In this document: positions 39,261 to 52,811 of the stretch, piece after piece
Numbering within the stretch: the first letter of the stretch is position 1
Layout of the letters: each line of letters starts with the position of its first letter
Origin: Mobula hypostoma
Lineage: Eukaryota
NCBI RefSeq assembly: GCF_963921235.1
Contig: NC_086097.1
Location: 154,010,001 to 154,074,000 of the forward strand
Length of the DNA: 64,000 bases
Direction: 5' to 3'
Notes under the pieces: generated by a model
Told to the model about the DNA's origin: nothing
Seen by the model: only the letters and a program-made list of their open reading frames with translations
Databases searched by the model: none
Position numbers and translations under genes: made by a program

Positions 39261-40146
39261 TAATAACTTGAAGGTGTTGAATGACTGGCAAGAACAGTGT
39301 AATAGTACAGAGTCTTCTCAACTCTGTTCCTCTGGTTGCTATTACAAAGGTTATGACTATTCTTTATTATATCTTACCTTGTAATTACAAGGGATTTTTG
39401 TGCGTCATTCAAGAATCCACACTTGAAGAAATTCAAAGGTTTCCTTGAGATCAGGGCGTTGTTACTGTCCTCAATCAACATTGTAAAACTAACCTCCTGC
39501 AGGTTCAGAGTTTTAAAAAGCCAGTTGTTTTGTTTAGTACTTTGAGATTTTGTCCTTTGACAATGCTATCTGACAGTCTGTCTGAGTAATAGAATACTGG
39601 TCGAAAGTTGTGGGTGGCATCCTACTCCAGAGATCCAATGATCAAATGGACAGTACAAGAGTTGGGATGTTATGACAACCATAAAAGATGCTGCTCAGAT
39701 CACACATGGATATAAAACAGACAATTCAGCCCATGATGATGAACCAAACATATTAAACTAGTAGTTAAATACCTTACTAAACTAATCAATACTGTCTACA
39801 TGATGTTGATGTTACCAGGACTGAAAGGTTAAGTTTTAAGGATAAATTGGATAGAGTGAGACTTTATTCCCTGGAGTGTAGGAGGCTGAGGGGTGTCCTT
39901 ATAGAGGTATATAAAACTATGAGGGGCATAGATGAGATGAATGGTCAGTCTTTTTCTCAGGATAAGGAAGTCAAAAAAACTGGAGGACAGTCTAAAGTTA
40001 GAGGGCATTAATTTAAGGTTTGTGGGGGTGAGAGACAAAGAGGACCTAGGGGCAATATCTTCACACAGGTGAGTACGCTGGGATGTGGAATTATCTGCCA
40101 GAGTAAGTAGTGAAGGCAGCTACAATAAAGGCTGCTAAGTCCCTTA

Positions 40147-40945
40147 GGTGGAGCTTAGGAGACAACGGTACCTAACGGCGACTCCTTTGCTAGCATCTTC
40201 GGAAACAGCTCTAGTTCTATCTTTAATGTCTCTACTTCTCCTGTTTCAGGGTTCCTTTGAAGACCCTGACCTGGAGTTACAAGCTGACTTCGGTTCTTTG
40301 CAGGAATGGGACCCGCTGTCAGGCTCTCACTGTTGGCCGTTCTTCGATATGCCAAGTACGCAGCCTAGAAGATTAGCTCACCTTCGGAGTTTCAGGATTT
40401 TGTGGCTCTGGAGGTGGGCAGAATCGAGATCAGTGCCTCTGCAGGAAATCGGTGTGTTGTGGGAGATGGAAAATCTTTGGCTGTGTGCCCAGAGACCCGA
40501 GTTCTTTGGCCACAGAGCTCTGACACAATAGAATTTTAACATCATAAATCAGTGAGCTATTGTTATGTCTCCCCTCTCACTGTGAAATGGGGACACCCCT
40601 TTCTCCCTTATTAGTGAGAGAGAGAGAGAGCCAGTGGTATGTTCAATACCGGGTGAACAAGTAGTCTTTGGGGCACTGTAAGTCTGTGTCTTTATTGATG
40701 CTTTGCTGCACGCTTCAGTGCTCAGTAGGGGGGGGGGTGCCAATTCTTTGTTTTTGCTGGTGGGAGAAGGATTGTTGCTTTGCTGCTGCTTACACGTTTG
40801 GCAGGCTTTGGGGTTCTAACATTTAACTGTCATTCATTCTTTGGGGCACACCTCTGTTTTCATGGATGGTTGCAAAGAAAAAAAAACTCAGGATGTATAC
40901 TGTATACATTTCTCTGACATTAAATGTACCTTTGAAACCTTTGAA
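40147..40945 (+). mobile_element. ~800-bp non-autonomous retroposon with Rex-type tail, inserted in a CR1 remnant
   Basis: ggtggagcttagga...cctaacggcgactcctttgc head and acctttgaaacctttgaa tail. No recognisable coding content. Confidence 0.85.
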
Positions 40946-41229
40946 TAGCAATGGTTAAAATATATTTGGGCAGGTACATAGACTGGAAATGCTTATAATT
41001 ATACGGGCCAAATACAGGAAAATGAGATGAGCTCATGTAGGCATTTATGAGATAGACAGGATGGTCTGTTACCATGACATGTAACTGAACAACTCCATTG
41101 AAGTCAGAAGCATTGTCTCTTTTGATGACAGGATTTGTCAAGGGCCCTGTTCATTCCCCCAGTTAGTATTTAGTGAGAAGCAAATAGGTTTTCTGGTAGC
41201 CTCCTTCATGTTTACACCTCATCCTGCTT

Positions 41230-41380
41230 CATTAAGACCTTACATTTTTTAAAGACTTTGCAATGTGCAAATCGGTTGCTGCATTTCACACATGATATTG
41301 AATATATGATATTACATGCACTTCAAAGGCTATAAATCATGCATTTGAAAGGCATTATGTAAACACTAGCTTTCATTTAA
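41230..41380 (+). mobile_element. Ancient Deu-domain-type SINE 3' remnant
   Basis: gtgcaaatcggttgctgcatttc...cacttcaaaggctataaa...tgaaaggcattatgtaaa resembles SacSINE1/AmnSINE-type tails. Confidence 0.45.
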
Positions 41381-42004
41381 TACTCCGTTATAAGAAAAGA
41401 TTTATGAAGCATTGTAAATTAAAAGAAGTTAATTGGAAAGATGTTACTCAATCCTCCTTTGGGTATTTAAGTTTCATTTAAATAAACTCAATGTATAAAT
41501 CCACAATTTCTGTTTCTATTGCAGACCTGAAGCATACTTGTTGTCTATTGTCATTTGCATTGCTTAATCTTGATCAATATTTTTGATGAAAATTGTAGCC
41601 TGAAATAGAACATTTATTGATCAAAGTGGCCATGAAACTCAGACTGATATCCTCTGAGGTATCTTTGTCCAGGCTAGAATTTATTGCTCCTTCCAGAAGG
41701 CCCTTTGAGAAGGCTTGCTGTGAATCTGTAGGCACAAAGGCTAGACTTGATAAACACAGAACATGGCGCAGGAATAGACCCTACAGACAAGAATGGTGCT
41801 CTGAGATAATAAAGCCACACATTAAGTGCCTAACTAATCCCTTCTACCTATACAAGGTCCATTTATCTCCATTCTCTGAATGTTCACACGCCTATCTAAG
41901 AAGCTGTTAAATGTCTTTTGCCTCCACTGTCACCCCTGTCAGCATATTCCAGGCACTCATCTCTCTCTGTTCCAGAAAAAAATTATTGCACGTCTTCTTT
42001 GAAC

Positions 42005-42813
42005 TTCAAAGGTTCAAAGGTCGAAATTAATGTCAGAGAAATGTATATAATATACATCCTGAAATGCTTGTTTTCGCAAACATCTACGAAAACAGAGAAG
42101 TGCCCCAAAGAATGAACGACAGTTAAATATGAGAACTCCAAAGTCCCCCCCAGCTCCCCCTCCTGCGTGCATGCAGCAGCGAGCAACGATTCCCTCCTCC
42201 CCCACCAGCAAAAAAAAAGCACGCATCGGTACCATCACTGAGTCCAAGCTTGTACTAAGCAATAGCAAAGACACAGACCAAAGTTACCCCAAAAGCTTCG
42301 CATTTCATCCGACATTCGACAAACCACAGGCAACTGAGAGGGAGGTGTCCCCCATTTTCACAGCGAGCAGGAGACATAACAACCCGCTGGTTTACGATGT
42401 TAAAAGTCCATTTTGTTGCTTTTTTTGAGCTCTGTGTCTGAAGATCACAAAGACCTTGGGCCTTTGGGTCCACGGCAAAAGATTTTCCGGCCTCCCCGAC
42501 AACACACAAGTCTCCTGCCGTGACACTGACCCTCAATCCGCCCATCTCCAAAGCCCCGAGATCTTAGGCTTCCGAACACGATTGAGACTCTCAGGCCAAA
42601 CCCTTGGCAAGTCGAATAAAGGCCAGTCCTGGAACCCTGAGAACGGGTTCCATTCCTGCGAAGAACCGAAGCCTGTGTGTAACTGCAGGTCAGGGTCTTC
42701 AAAAAATCCCTGAAAGGGAAAGATAAAGATATTAAAGGTAGAAATAATGCTGTTTCTGAAGATGTAAGCAAAGGAGTCGCTGTTAGGCGCCATTATCCCT
42801 CCTAAGCTCCGCC
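42005..42813 (-). mobile_element. ~800-bp non-autonomous retroposon, inverted copy, inserted in a CR1 remnant
   Basis: Reverse complement is colinear with 40147-40945 from head (gcaaaggagtcgctgttaggcgcc...cctaagctccgcc) to tail (ttcaaaggttcaaagg). Confidence 0.88.
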
Positions 42814-43374
42814 TTAAATTTAAGTGCATGCCCTAGAGTATGAGATATTTCCACTCTGTAGAAAAAGATACTGCCTCTCTAACTATGCTACTCCTAATTT
42901 TATAAACTTTTAACAGGTCTCTGGTCAACTTTCTCCACTTCAGACCCAGGCAGCAGCTTGGTAAAACTCTTCAGATCCTCTCCCAAACTTTCACATCCTT
43001 CCTATAATGAGCAACTAGAACAGAAGGTAATGTTCCAGATGTGCCCTAACCTAACCAGTTTTAAAAACCTATTAAAATAGTCGTTTTCCTTCCCTGAAGA
43101 ACATTAGTGAACCACATATGGTTAGGTGTATATTAAGATATGGAAGTTTCTTTGTCATCTTCACTAGTAATTCTATTCAATTATTTGAATCCCCAGCTGT
43201 TCTGGGGGAATTGGTCCACAGGTCAATAGCTTATGACACTGGAATTTAGTCCAGCAAATCTTTTTCTGGTATTTGCATTTTGTGATGCATTGATTAGCCT
43301 ACATCTACCACAAAATTGAGTTCCAAGTCTGCGTATCTCAAGTCCTGACATTCGCTTATCATGTCTCACAGTCT

Positions 43375-43640
43375 TCAATTCTGACTTCCAGTGATGTCTG
43401 TATAGAGTTCACATGTTCTCCAAGTTTCAGAGTTTCTTCCCAATTCCAGAAATGTGCTGATTGTTAAGTTAATATTTTTCTGTAAATTGCTCCTCATGTA
43501 GGTGACTAATAGAAAAATAAAGGTCTTTGTGTTAAAAGAGTAGAAGTAACAGGGAAATAAATGGGACAATAAGTTTGATAGAATTGCACTGAGAACTGGC
43601 TTAGACCTGACAGACGGTATGGTTTCCTAGGTTGTATGGA
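43375..43640 (+). mobile_element. Old V-SINE (HE1-like)
   Basis: tgtctgtatagagttcacatgttctcc...gtttcttccca...taagttaat...tgtaaattgctcctc. A related remnant lies near 34580-34790. Confidence 0.55.
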
Positions 43641-46600
43641 AATGTGAATATTGGTTGCAATATTTTATATTTCAAGTTAAAGGATATTTACTATATAATA
43701 ATTTTCTATGGAAATTACAAGAGAAGAGATACACACCTGTTTTATAAGTAATTTCTAGTTAGGGACACAGACAAACAAGTTATAAAAAGTTATTTCTGTA
43801 TGAAAAATCAACCTTTCCACCTACATCATCTCGCAAAGCAGAAAACTGAATTGGAACCTGAAGGAAGGTGGGAGAAGGTTCAGCTATTTAAGGCATTATT
43901 TAGTTATAGATGAGCATTTGTAATATTGATTCTCCTCATGTATGAACAGATTTAATAAAAAAAATCTGCTAAAGTCTATCAACAAAATTCTTTTGAAGGT
44001 ATCTCCCATCAGGGAGACTGATTAAAGATAACTGGAATGGTATCAATTATCTGCATAAGAGAAGCTGGAAAAAGAGCTGCTAATGAATTCAAAACAAGAA
44101 ATACTCTGCAGGTCAGATTGTATCCATGGAGAGCTAAAGATGGATAATTAATGCCTTGGATAAATGATCTTTCATCAGAATTCATCAATTCTTCTTGTTT
44201 AATGATTTCACTTGCCAGTGGAAACATAAATGATAGATAACTATTGCCAAGTTTAGCTTACTCTGATGTATTGAAAGACAACACAAACTGCAAATAAAGT
44301 AAGCCAAGAACTTTATTCAATTTGTACACAGAACACAAGCCACCACGAATGATGCAAAAGCAAATGTAGAAAAATAGTAGAATCATATTGGTATTGATGA
44401 TTATCCATTCTGTACAGTTTTACTCAAAATAAATAGATTTCCATCTTGCATTGACATCAGTGTATACAATAAACCAATGCTTCCATTTACATGAATAAAG
44501 GACTGGAAATTCCTTGGTGCTACTCCCGCATTACTTCACTTGAATGATATGAATTACATACACCTATTCTGCCCGCAACTCCAAGGAAATTCTCAAAGAC
44601 TGAACACCCCACCTTGCTTTTTATCCAATCTGTTAAATCAATCAGTTGTGGTGCTTGCTCCAAAATGATCAATTACCATTAAGATGATTGGATATGGTTT
44701 TGGCAGAATTTCAAAATGCTAGTTGCTTGTAGATTGCTAATATGGTTCTCTGCACACAATGCACCTTTAATATTAAGGGTAGGATTCTGGGAAGTATAGA
44801 TGGCTTTGCTAGTGATAGCACTTTTGACATGTTACAGAGCCAAGTCAATATCTGTAAATCCTGAATCAAAAAAAGAGGTGCGAATATTGGAAATCTGAAT
44901 TTAAACCCAGAATTAAGAGGAAAGGTTAAATAGCATCTGGACTTGAAAACAAATATATTAATCATTAATTTCTTTTTGTAAACTGTCTTGCTCAGAATAT
45001 TACAATTTCATGTTCTCATTGACCTGCTCTCCATTATGAAGAATTTCCTGCTGAGTGAGAGTTTCATTCCTGACCTGTGGTGTGCTCAAATACTTTTATG
45101 TAGTTTGAAAAAATGCTTAGCCTCTTTAGTTGAAAGGGAAAGTCCAGGCATAATTAACTTTTAGACTGACAATAAGACTCATTTATGTGATGATTAAGAA
45201 TACAGGCAAAATGGGCACCAGGCAAGTTTAAAGAGAATAGGGTGAGGAAAGATGAAGATAATAAGAAGCTTCCTTTTGCAACTTGGAAGTTACAAGTGAA
45301 AGTGAAATTTAAGTATATAAAGTTTGACAATTTTGAGCTGTTGCAATTTTTGATATGGCTGATTTCATAACTTGAACATAGGGAAAATTGTACAAAATGG
45401 TGAATTATGGGATTAGAAGATACAATGGACAATTTAGAGAAGAAACACATATGCTGCAGTAGGCAGAAGAGGGAAACACTGGATAAGAAAGAGCGGGCTA
45501 CCATTTGTCATCGGCTATGTAATGGGATCTGTAGGAGATAACAAGATATAAATGAAAAGAATAACAAAATCCAGTCTGTTGGTCCATGTAATGTGAAGCC
45601 TTTGATTAGGAAGATTAAAATGAAAAGCTGCTATCTAATAGATGAATGTCTCTGGTAATAATTTAATCACAGATTCACCTGTGACCCAGCACAACGTATT
45701 TGGGTTATTGTAGATCATATGTGAAATTGTGAAAAGCTCACTTATTGTTTCCAAATTTGAAATGGGTTGAGAGTTCATGTCTCATTCAATTTACTCAAAT
45801 TTGAACCAGGATTGCTGGTTTTTGTAAAGTGCACATCCTGTCTGCTTAGTGACAAGGCTAATGAAATTTCAAGATGTAATTTCAACATGTGGCAAAATGT
45901 CAAAGTGTGACAAAGGCCCAAAGAGGCATGAGATAATTTGTAATTGCTCCAATGAAATGTTAAAAACATCATTATAAAGCAATAAATGCTAACATTAATT
46001 GGTTTAAAGTGTTAAATAAGAATGCATTAAAAGCCTCTTTATGACTTTTTTCATTTTATTGAATATGCAGATAAATCTTGCTAGCCTTCACTATAGTTAA
46101 TGAATATTGCTTTGTTGATATTGACATTGTATAAAACAGGGGAAGCTGCAGATCCCTTTATGCTCTATTTATGAGTATAATCCCAGATATATTCTTAAAC
46201 CCTCAAGTAATGGGTCTGCTGCACAACTTAACACCATTCTGACAGGAGGGTAACCAGTCCATGTAAGAAGTCAGAAATTCTGAGACCTTACAGAGAGGTT
46301 GACGCTGCAGTTTCAGTGAATCCAGCAATGCTCACAACCAATTTGGGACAACAAAATATGTAGCCCATCAGGCAACAATGCTTCAATGACCTTGCCATGT
46401 CAAACGTGAGGCAGCTCACTGAGCTCCTTCTTGCCGTTGGATTTAGTAAATAGCCCGGTTGATTGTGTCTTTAACCGCGACACCCACACACAAAAAAAAA
46501 TCAATACAAATTGACAGGCAGAAAAGAACGTTAAATGCAGCCACTACTCCTCATAATGGTTTGAAATTGAAATAACCACACACACTCAGCAATGGGCATC

Positions 46601-47649
46601 TCTAAGGCTGTCCTTGACATTCGATTGCATTACAATAATCAGGTCCTGAACCATCAACGACCTGAAGATGAAGGATTGGTGGGTGGAACATTACTGGACT
46701 AGCTGCAGAAATAATGAAAATGCAAAAGAAAATCAGTGTCTGTGGCAAGTGATTTGCTTTTTGACACACTAAAGATTTTCTGCCATCCACATAAAATTGT
46801 TGAAAAATTCTCCTTGTGCATGAATGAGTTCACAACATCTAGGTTAAAGAATCCACTAACTGGGGGCATTTCTACCTCGGGAAATGGGTTCTTGTATTCG
46901 GAGTATCATTTTAAATAATAGTGCACACTACGATAATAGCTGTATTGGGAATAGAGAATGAAGCTTAACATCATGTTTTAGCCAGGAAGAACAGTATGTA
47001 GGAATACCATCTAATGGGAAGCTCCCTTAGAAAGAATGGTTAATGGCAATATATCATCTCAAAGAAGTAGAAATTCAAAAACTAAAGTAATAGAAAGATA
47101 ATTACATTAAATTTGTGCCAAAGACAAAGCAGCCTGTTGATCAGACCTTCAATAGATTGGTTAGAATATGAAGGAAATTTTGCAAGGAAGCTACCAGAAA
47201 TACTTCGGTAAACTTTCTAAAGTCATAGTTCTGGTAGAATGAATTTTATAATACACCATTACCTGTATTTATTAAACTGAATTCAGACATACTATAATGT
47301 GTGGTCTATGCAGTCTGGCAGATTAATCTTGAATACGTAAAGATAAAAGTTAACCTTTGTGTTAATTCCCCTTCAGATGCTGATCAACTCATTCAGTAGC
47401 TTACACTTCAGATTTCCAGTATTTCTTCCTGATCTTGAAAATGAACTTTTTAGGAACAACATCTTCCCCGCGACCATCAGATTTCGGAATGGCCCATGAG
47501 CACCAACTCATTATGTTACTCTCTTTTTGCACTGTGTATTTATTTTTTATATATATCATTGTAACTTACAGCCATGTTTTATCTATTGCACTGTTGCCGC
47601 ACGACAACAAATTTCATGACACATGTCAGTGATAATAAACCTGATTCTG

Positions 47650-50600
47650 ACGAAGCAGAATTGAAATTTTATGCTGGAAAAGAATGGGAGCTGGACAAAA
47701 GGCAAAATGTAACAGCACCAGACCTGCTTTGTGAGTAGGAAAATACTTTGTGTATTTTACTGACAATTAATACCCAGTTGGATGATATATTTCAATGTTA
47801 ATTGCAAGCTTCAGTTAATCACAGACTTATAATACACAAATATGGTGGGTCCAAAGTAACTACCATCCAGATAATGTACTCTTTTTGTGTATATATTATG
47901 TCCACATCATTTGCTACCCTGGCATTTCAGTAAAAAAAAAACACATTTGAATGTGCAAGTTATAAACTGGATTTTACATTCAGTAAACTGGTTCTTACAT
48001 GTACAATCTCAAATACTGTAGGATTAATATTACCATACTATTATATATTAATTTAAATATTAATTATTATGGAAAGATAAACAGTTCATATAGGCAGTAC
48101 ACTATCATGATATGGATATATTTAATAACAAATAACACTGATTTCGGATATGGCACTTTGACAATTTACTAAAAGAGATCGCAAACACAACATAATTCAA
48201 CCAAAACTGAGCATTAAAATCAATTCTCCAATAATACTTTAGATTCAGAGTAAATCTTCGATCTTTGCCCTTCAAAGATCTTCATGCTAGGAACAACAGA
48301 GGGCTGGAAATGTTACATAAGACAGTAGCATACTTGTTACATTTCTGATAACAAGATTCTGAGTTGTTCAGCAACTTAATTTGTAAATCCAACCTGCAAC
48401 TGAATTTGCACAACATGTCTCATGTTCAGTAATGAGTAGATAAACAGCCAGTTGATCTTCAGAAGTGTGTAATCAGGTGATGAATTTTATACTCTCTACC
48501 CCAAAAGCAACTACCTTTCTTTTGGAAAGGAATTTAGATAAATGCAGAAAAACAAACAAAATTGTCTCCCTCAACCCATGCATAGAAACAGGTGAGCAAT
48601 TAATGAATCCCGAGAGGTTGGTAGATGGAGAGGTGGAAGGGGCTTAATTCATTTATTTTAACAGGATTGTGCACACACTTTAATATTAAATGCTTAAATT
48701 TCCTGAGGCTTGGAAACCCAGTGGCTGAAAGGAAGTGAGGATTGCTAGATTTAGCAGGTTAATGCAAGAAAGTTAAATTGCAGCATGGACCGAGGATTAA
48801 GCCACAAGCCAAAACTTTTAATATATCTTGATAAATCACACTTCCCCACATACTCAGTGCCTGTGATATCCTTCTCCTCCTTGCTTCTCCATACCTTCTA
48901 CATAATGCTCTTTAATCTTCTCAACATCTTTGCCAATGTCCCTGCTCTTACTGTGACCTAGTTTCTTTTTTAAACACTTCTCTGAATATGAATTAACAAA
49001 GTCAGTTTGTTTCCACTTAAAGATTCTTTTTTTTTACAGTTTAAAAATTATCAATATTTCTGAAACTACAGTCTTGTAAGTTAACCTACTTTGTTTTTAG
49101 CGGTTAGATCTTGACTTTGCATCATAGATAAACTGGGTATTTTGGACACATGAGCCTGTTTCTGACCTTCTGCTTTTATAACAACAGAGTTAGCAATGTA
49201 GCAATCCAGATTTTACAGGGAACTATCTGCATTTACATGCAGAAGACTATACACATTCCCCAGAGTAACTTATGCAACAACCTAGGAATTCCCACATGAA
49301 TGCATGTGATCACGAGATGTGGTCATTCATTTGTTATTTTTTTTCTGCATGGACACATGATGGCCTTGAATGGCAGGCCTTTCTTGTTCTACTCTTTTGG
49401 AGTGTAAACTTGATGTATACTGGAAAAGTTGAATTAATATCGACACCAGGATAGAAATGACACAGGAAGTGCTTCCCCATTCACTTTAATGGTGCGAGAC
49501 AGCTGTGAAGAATTCAGGAATGCAATAGTTAATTCAGAATTCTTCAACAACTTGTGTATTTAGACAATTTATAGTTGAAGAAAGGAACTCAAATGTTGTA
49601 AATTTACTTTGATTGTTTTTGTACAAGGAAGATTTAAACATTTGTCAGATTTGTCAGATTGTGATTAGGTACCCTCCCCTTTTCCTTTAATTGCCTATTA
49701 TCTCCAACCCTTATTCCCTTCCATTTCCACCTACACGATTCGCCCATTGGGCGATGGATGATATGACTTTGCTGAAGCCTCTATTATTAGCGGGTTTCAA
49801 AGCTGAGAATCCCAGTAAATTCCTTATCCCAAAAAATTCCTTATCCTTTGGGAGGTTAGGGGATGAAAGGGGCAGGAGCGGATGGGTAATCATGTCAGTT
49901 AAATGTCAATTTTACTCAGTGATCTGTGACGAGCATGGGTCCATAAATAAAGAGTAAAAAGTACAGAGTTCTGCTTCATGCAGCCTTCAAAACAAAAGCT
50001 TTACCTATTCCAAGAGTGATTCATGCTAAAACATAGTATAGTGTCCATCATTAGGTTAAGATTCCATTCTTCATGGCTGGTATTTCTGACATGCTGAGCT
50101 CATGAACAGTTTTTCTCCCCAATTTCAAGTCACAAAGTGTGGCAAAGATTGGCCACATATTCTTAGTTATGGCTGGCTACAGATAATGTTAATTAATTAG
50201 TGGTGTGATGTTGGCTAGTCTTTTCTCACTACTTGGTGACATCCAAATCCTATTAATAAGCATTTAGAATTGTGAATATATTCACACATCATTCCCTCTG
50301 TCTCCTGACTCTGCATGAAATAGCTCTCTTTAAAATGTGCAGCTGTGACAGGAAAGGCTTCTACAGAGAAATCTGTGCGTAAACTGACACAAGCACAATG
50401 CAGGTGATTAGAACTCATCTTATAACATGTATAGTCTAAGAAACCATTTTATTCCAAGGGGAAGCAATTAACAAATGTTTGTTTCCACATGGTGATAGAT
50501 GTGACGCTTCAAAAATAAATATGAACATAAATTAAAATTGCGTACTCAAGTCATTTTTCGTAGAAAGCCTAGTGATAATTTCTGTGAATTTAAGGCAGGA

Positions 50601-50798
50601 AAGCAGTTTTAGATAAATTTAATCTGAAGTGTAAATTTCTTTTGGTACTATTTACAACACAATCATTTTGATCGCATGGGTTAATACATGGATGATGCAG
50701 AAACGAATCAATACCGACTCAGTCCATGCTTTCCCACAAGAAAGCACCTGTAAATGTTGTCACGAGGACGCTCGGGTACCGTGAGTCAAGCAGTAGTG
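47650..50798 (-). other. FAM135B: Probable FAM135B 3' UTR (may extend to ~44290)
   Basis: Follows the stop codon. About 3 kb with no recognisable transposon in an otherwise repeat-saturated window. Minus-strand AATAAA at 50448-50453 and 48652-48657. Confidence 0.55.
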
Positions 50799-51140
<342 letters not shown>

Positions 51141-51409
51141 TTATCAAATCAGCTTAATGTATTTTAATTTACAAACTCTGGATTTGCAAAGTATCAGATT
51201 TTAATAACAGAGGAATTGCAGACTGAGAAATGGTCATGAAAGTGCACCATATCCTTTCTTGGTAATTGTAGCAGTTGACTAATTGTCGTAATCAATTGTC
51301 CAAACAGATACAGGCATGATATGAAATCAAAACCTTATTGCAACCTCAGGTTCAAACTTCTGTGCATGCTGCACTTACCATGTCATCACTCCACATTGTA
51401 TTTTAATTT

Positions 51410-51650
51410 TATTTTTATTGAGAGATAGTGAGGAACAGGCCACTCTGGCCCAACAACCTACCTTTTTAACATTGGTCTATCCCACAGGACAATTTAACCT
51501 ACTAACCAGCACATCTTTGGAATGTGAGAGGAAACCACGGCACCCAGAGGAAACCCATGCACTCATGGGAAGGATGTACAAACTTTCTACTGAATTGAAC
51601 TCTGAACTCTGACACCACGAGCTGTAAGGTCATTGTGCTATGCTACCTTG
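51410..51650 (-). mobile_element. V-SINE in the last FAM135B intron
   Basis: catctttggaatgtgagaggaaaccacggcacccagaggaaacccatgca...tgtacaaact is the reverse of the V-domain. A similar remnant lies at 61350-61480. Confidence 0.7.
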
Positions 51651-52048
51651 GCGCTCAGAAAAGTAAGAGGGTTTTCATAAGGAAAAAGTAATTGGATTTG
51701 CATTCACTGTCCACAGATTAATTTTGAATGCCCCCTTGTGAATTACAGGTTCTTGCTATCAGTCATTCTGTTTGGGATAAAGTGAAATCACTAACCACTA
51801 CCATGGAGCTTAAATGGGGCAACAAATTAAAATAAAATTACCCTCATCTTTGTTTTCAGCAAGAATATGACGAGATTCCAGGATCCTGTATCAAGTTAGT
51901 GAATGACTAGTAAAAGACAAGAGTTATAACCGTAGCTGTTATAACATATTTGCCTTGGTTGTTATCTATAATCACAGGAATCAATTGTGGGCGGGCTTTT
52001 CCTCCTCTATTTCCATCACTCCCCACCATTCGGTAATGGTAATCATGT

Positions 52049-52130
52049 CCTGAAGAAGTGTCTCAGCCTGAAACGTCGACTGTTTACTCTTCTCCGTTGA
52101 TGCTGCCTGGCCTGCTGAATTTCCAGCAAA
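52049..52130 (+). mobile_element. 82-bp Penelope-like hammerhead-bearing insertion with 10-bp TSD
   Basis: TSD gtaatcatgt at 52039-52048 and 52131-52140. Insert begins cCTGAAGAagtgtctcagcctGAAACGTCgac. Confidence 0.85.
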
Positions 52131-52601
52131 GTAATCATGTTTTACTTTCTGGGAAACTACAGATGATGGGCAAAATGCACAATATAATAAACTGTAACGC
52201 TGAACCAAAGTAGAGGATAAACTAAGCCTGGATGCCAGGTATCCAACGTTGTTTAAAATGTCTTAGACACCAAGGGGAAGGAAAATTGACAATGGTAGTG
52301 AGCTCTGCTGCTGTGATGTTCAAGCAATGATTTACAATGAGGGATTGAGCAGCCCAAGTGAAATAAGAGGAACAGTTGCTGGACTATTATAATAGGATTG
52401 ACACCAAATTGGGATGCAAGTGAACTCAAACATATTATCATGATGTCCCTTCCCTGTCCTTTGCTCTCTCAATATTCCTGTAATAGGTATTTTAAACCCT
52501 GTTACCCAAGCACTTGTGCTCCCCTAATTTTTGCATCAATTTAAAAAGTAGCAGTAAAAGCTTATGAGGCTTGCAGACCAAAAACACAAGAAAATTATTC
52601 A

Positions 52602-52811
<210 letters not shown>

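Noticed and set aside
48035..48072. AT-only quasi-palindrome
   Set aside because: Low complexity; self-complementarity is expected.
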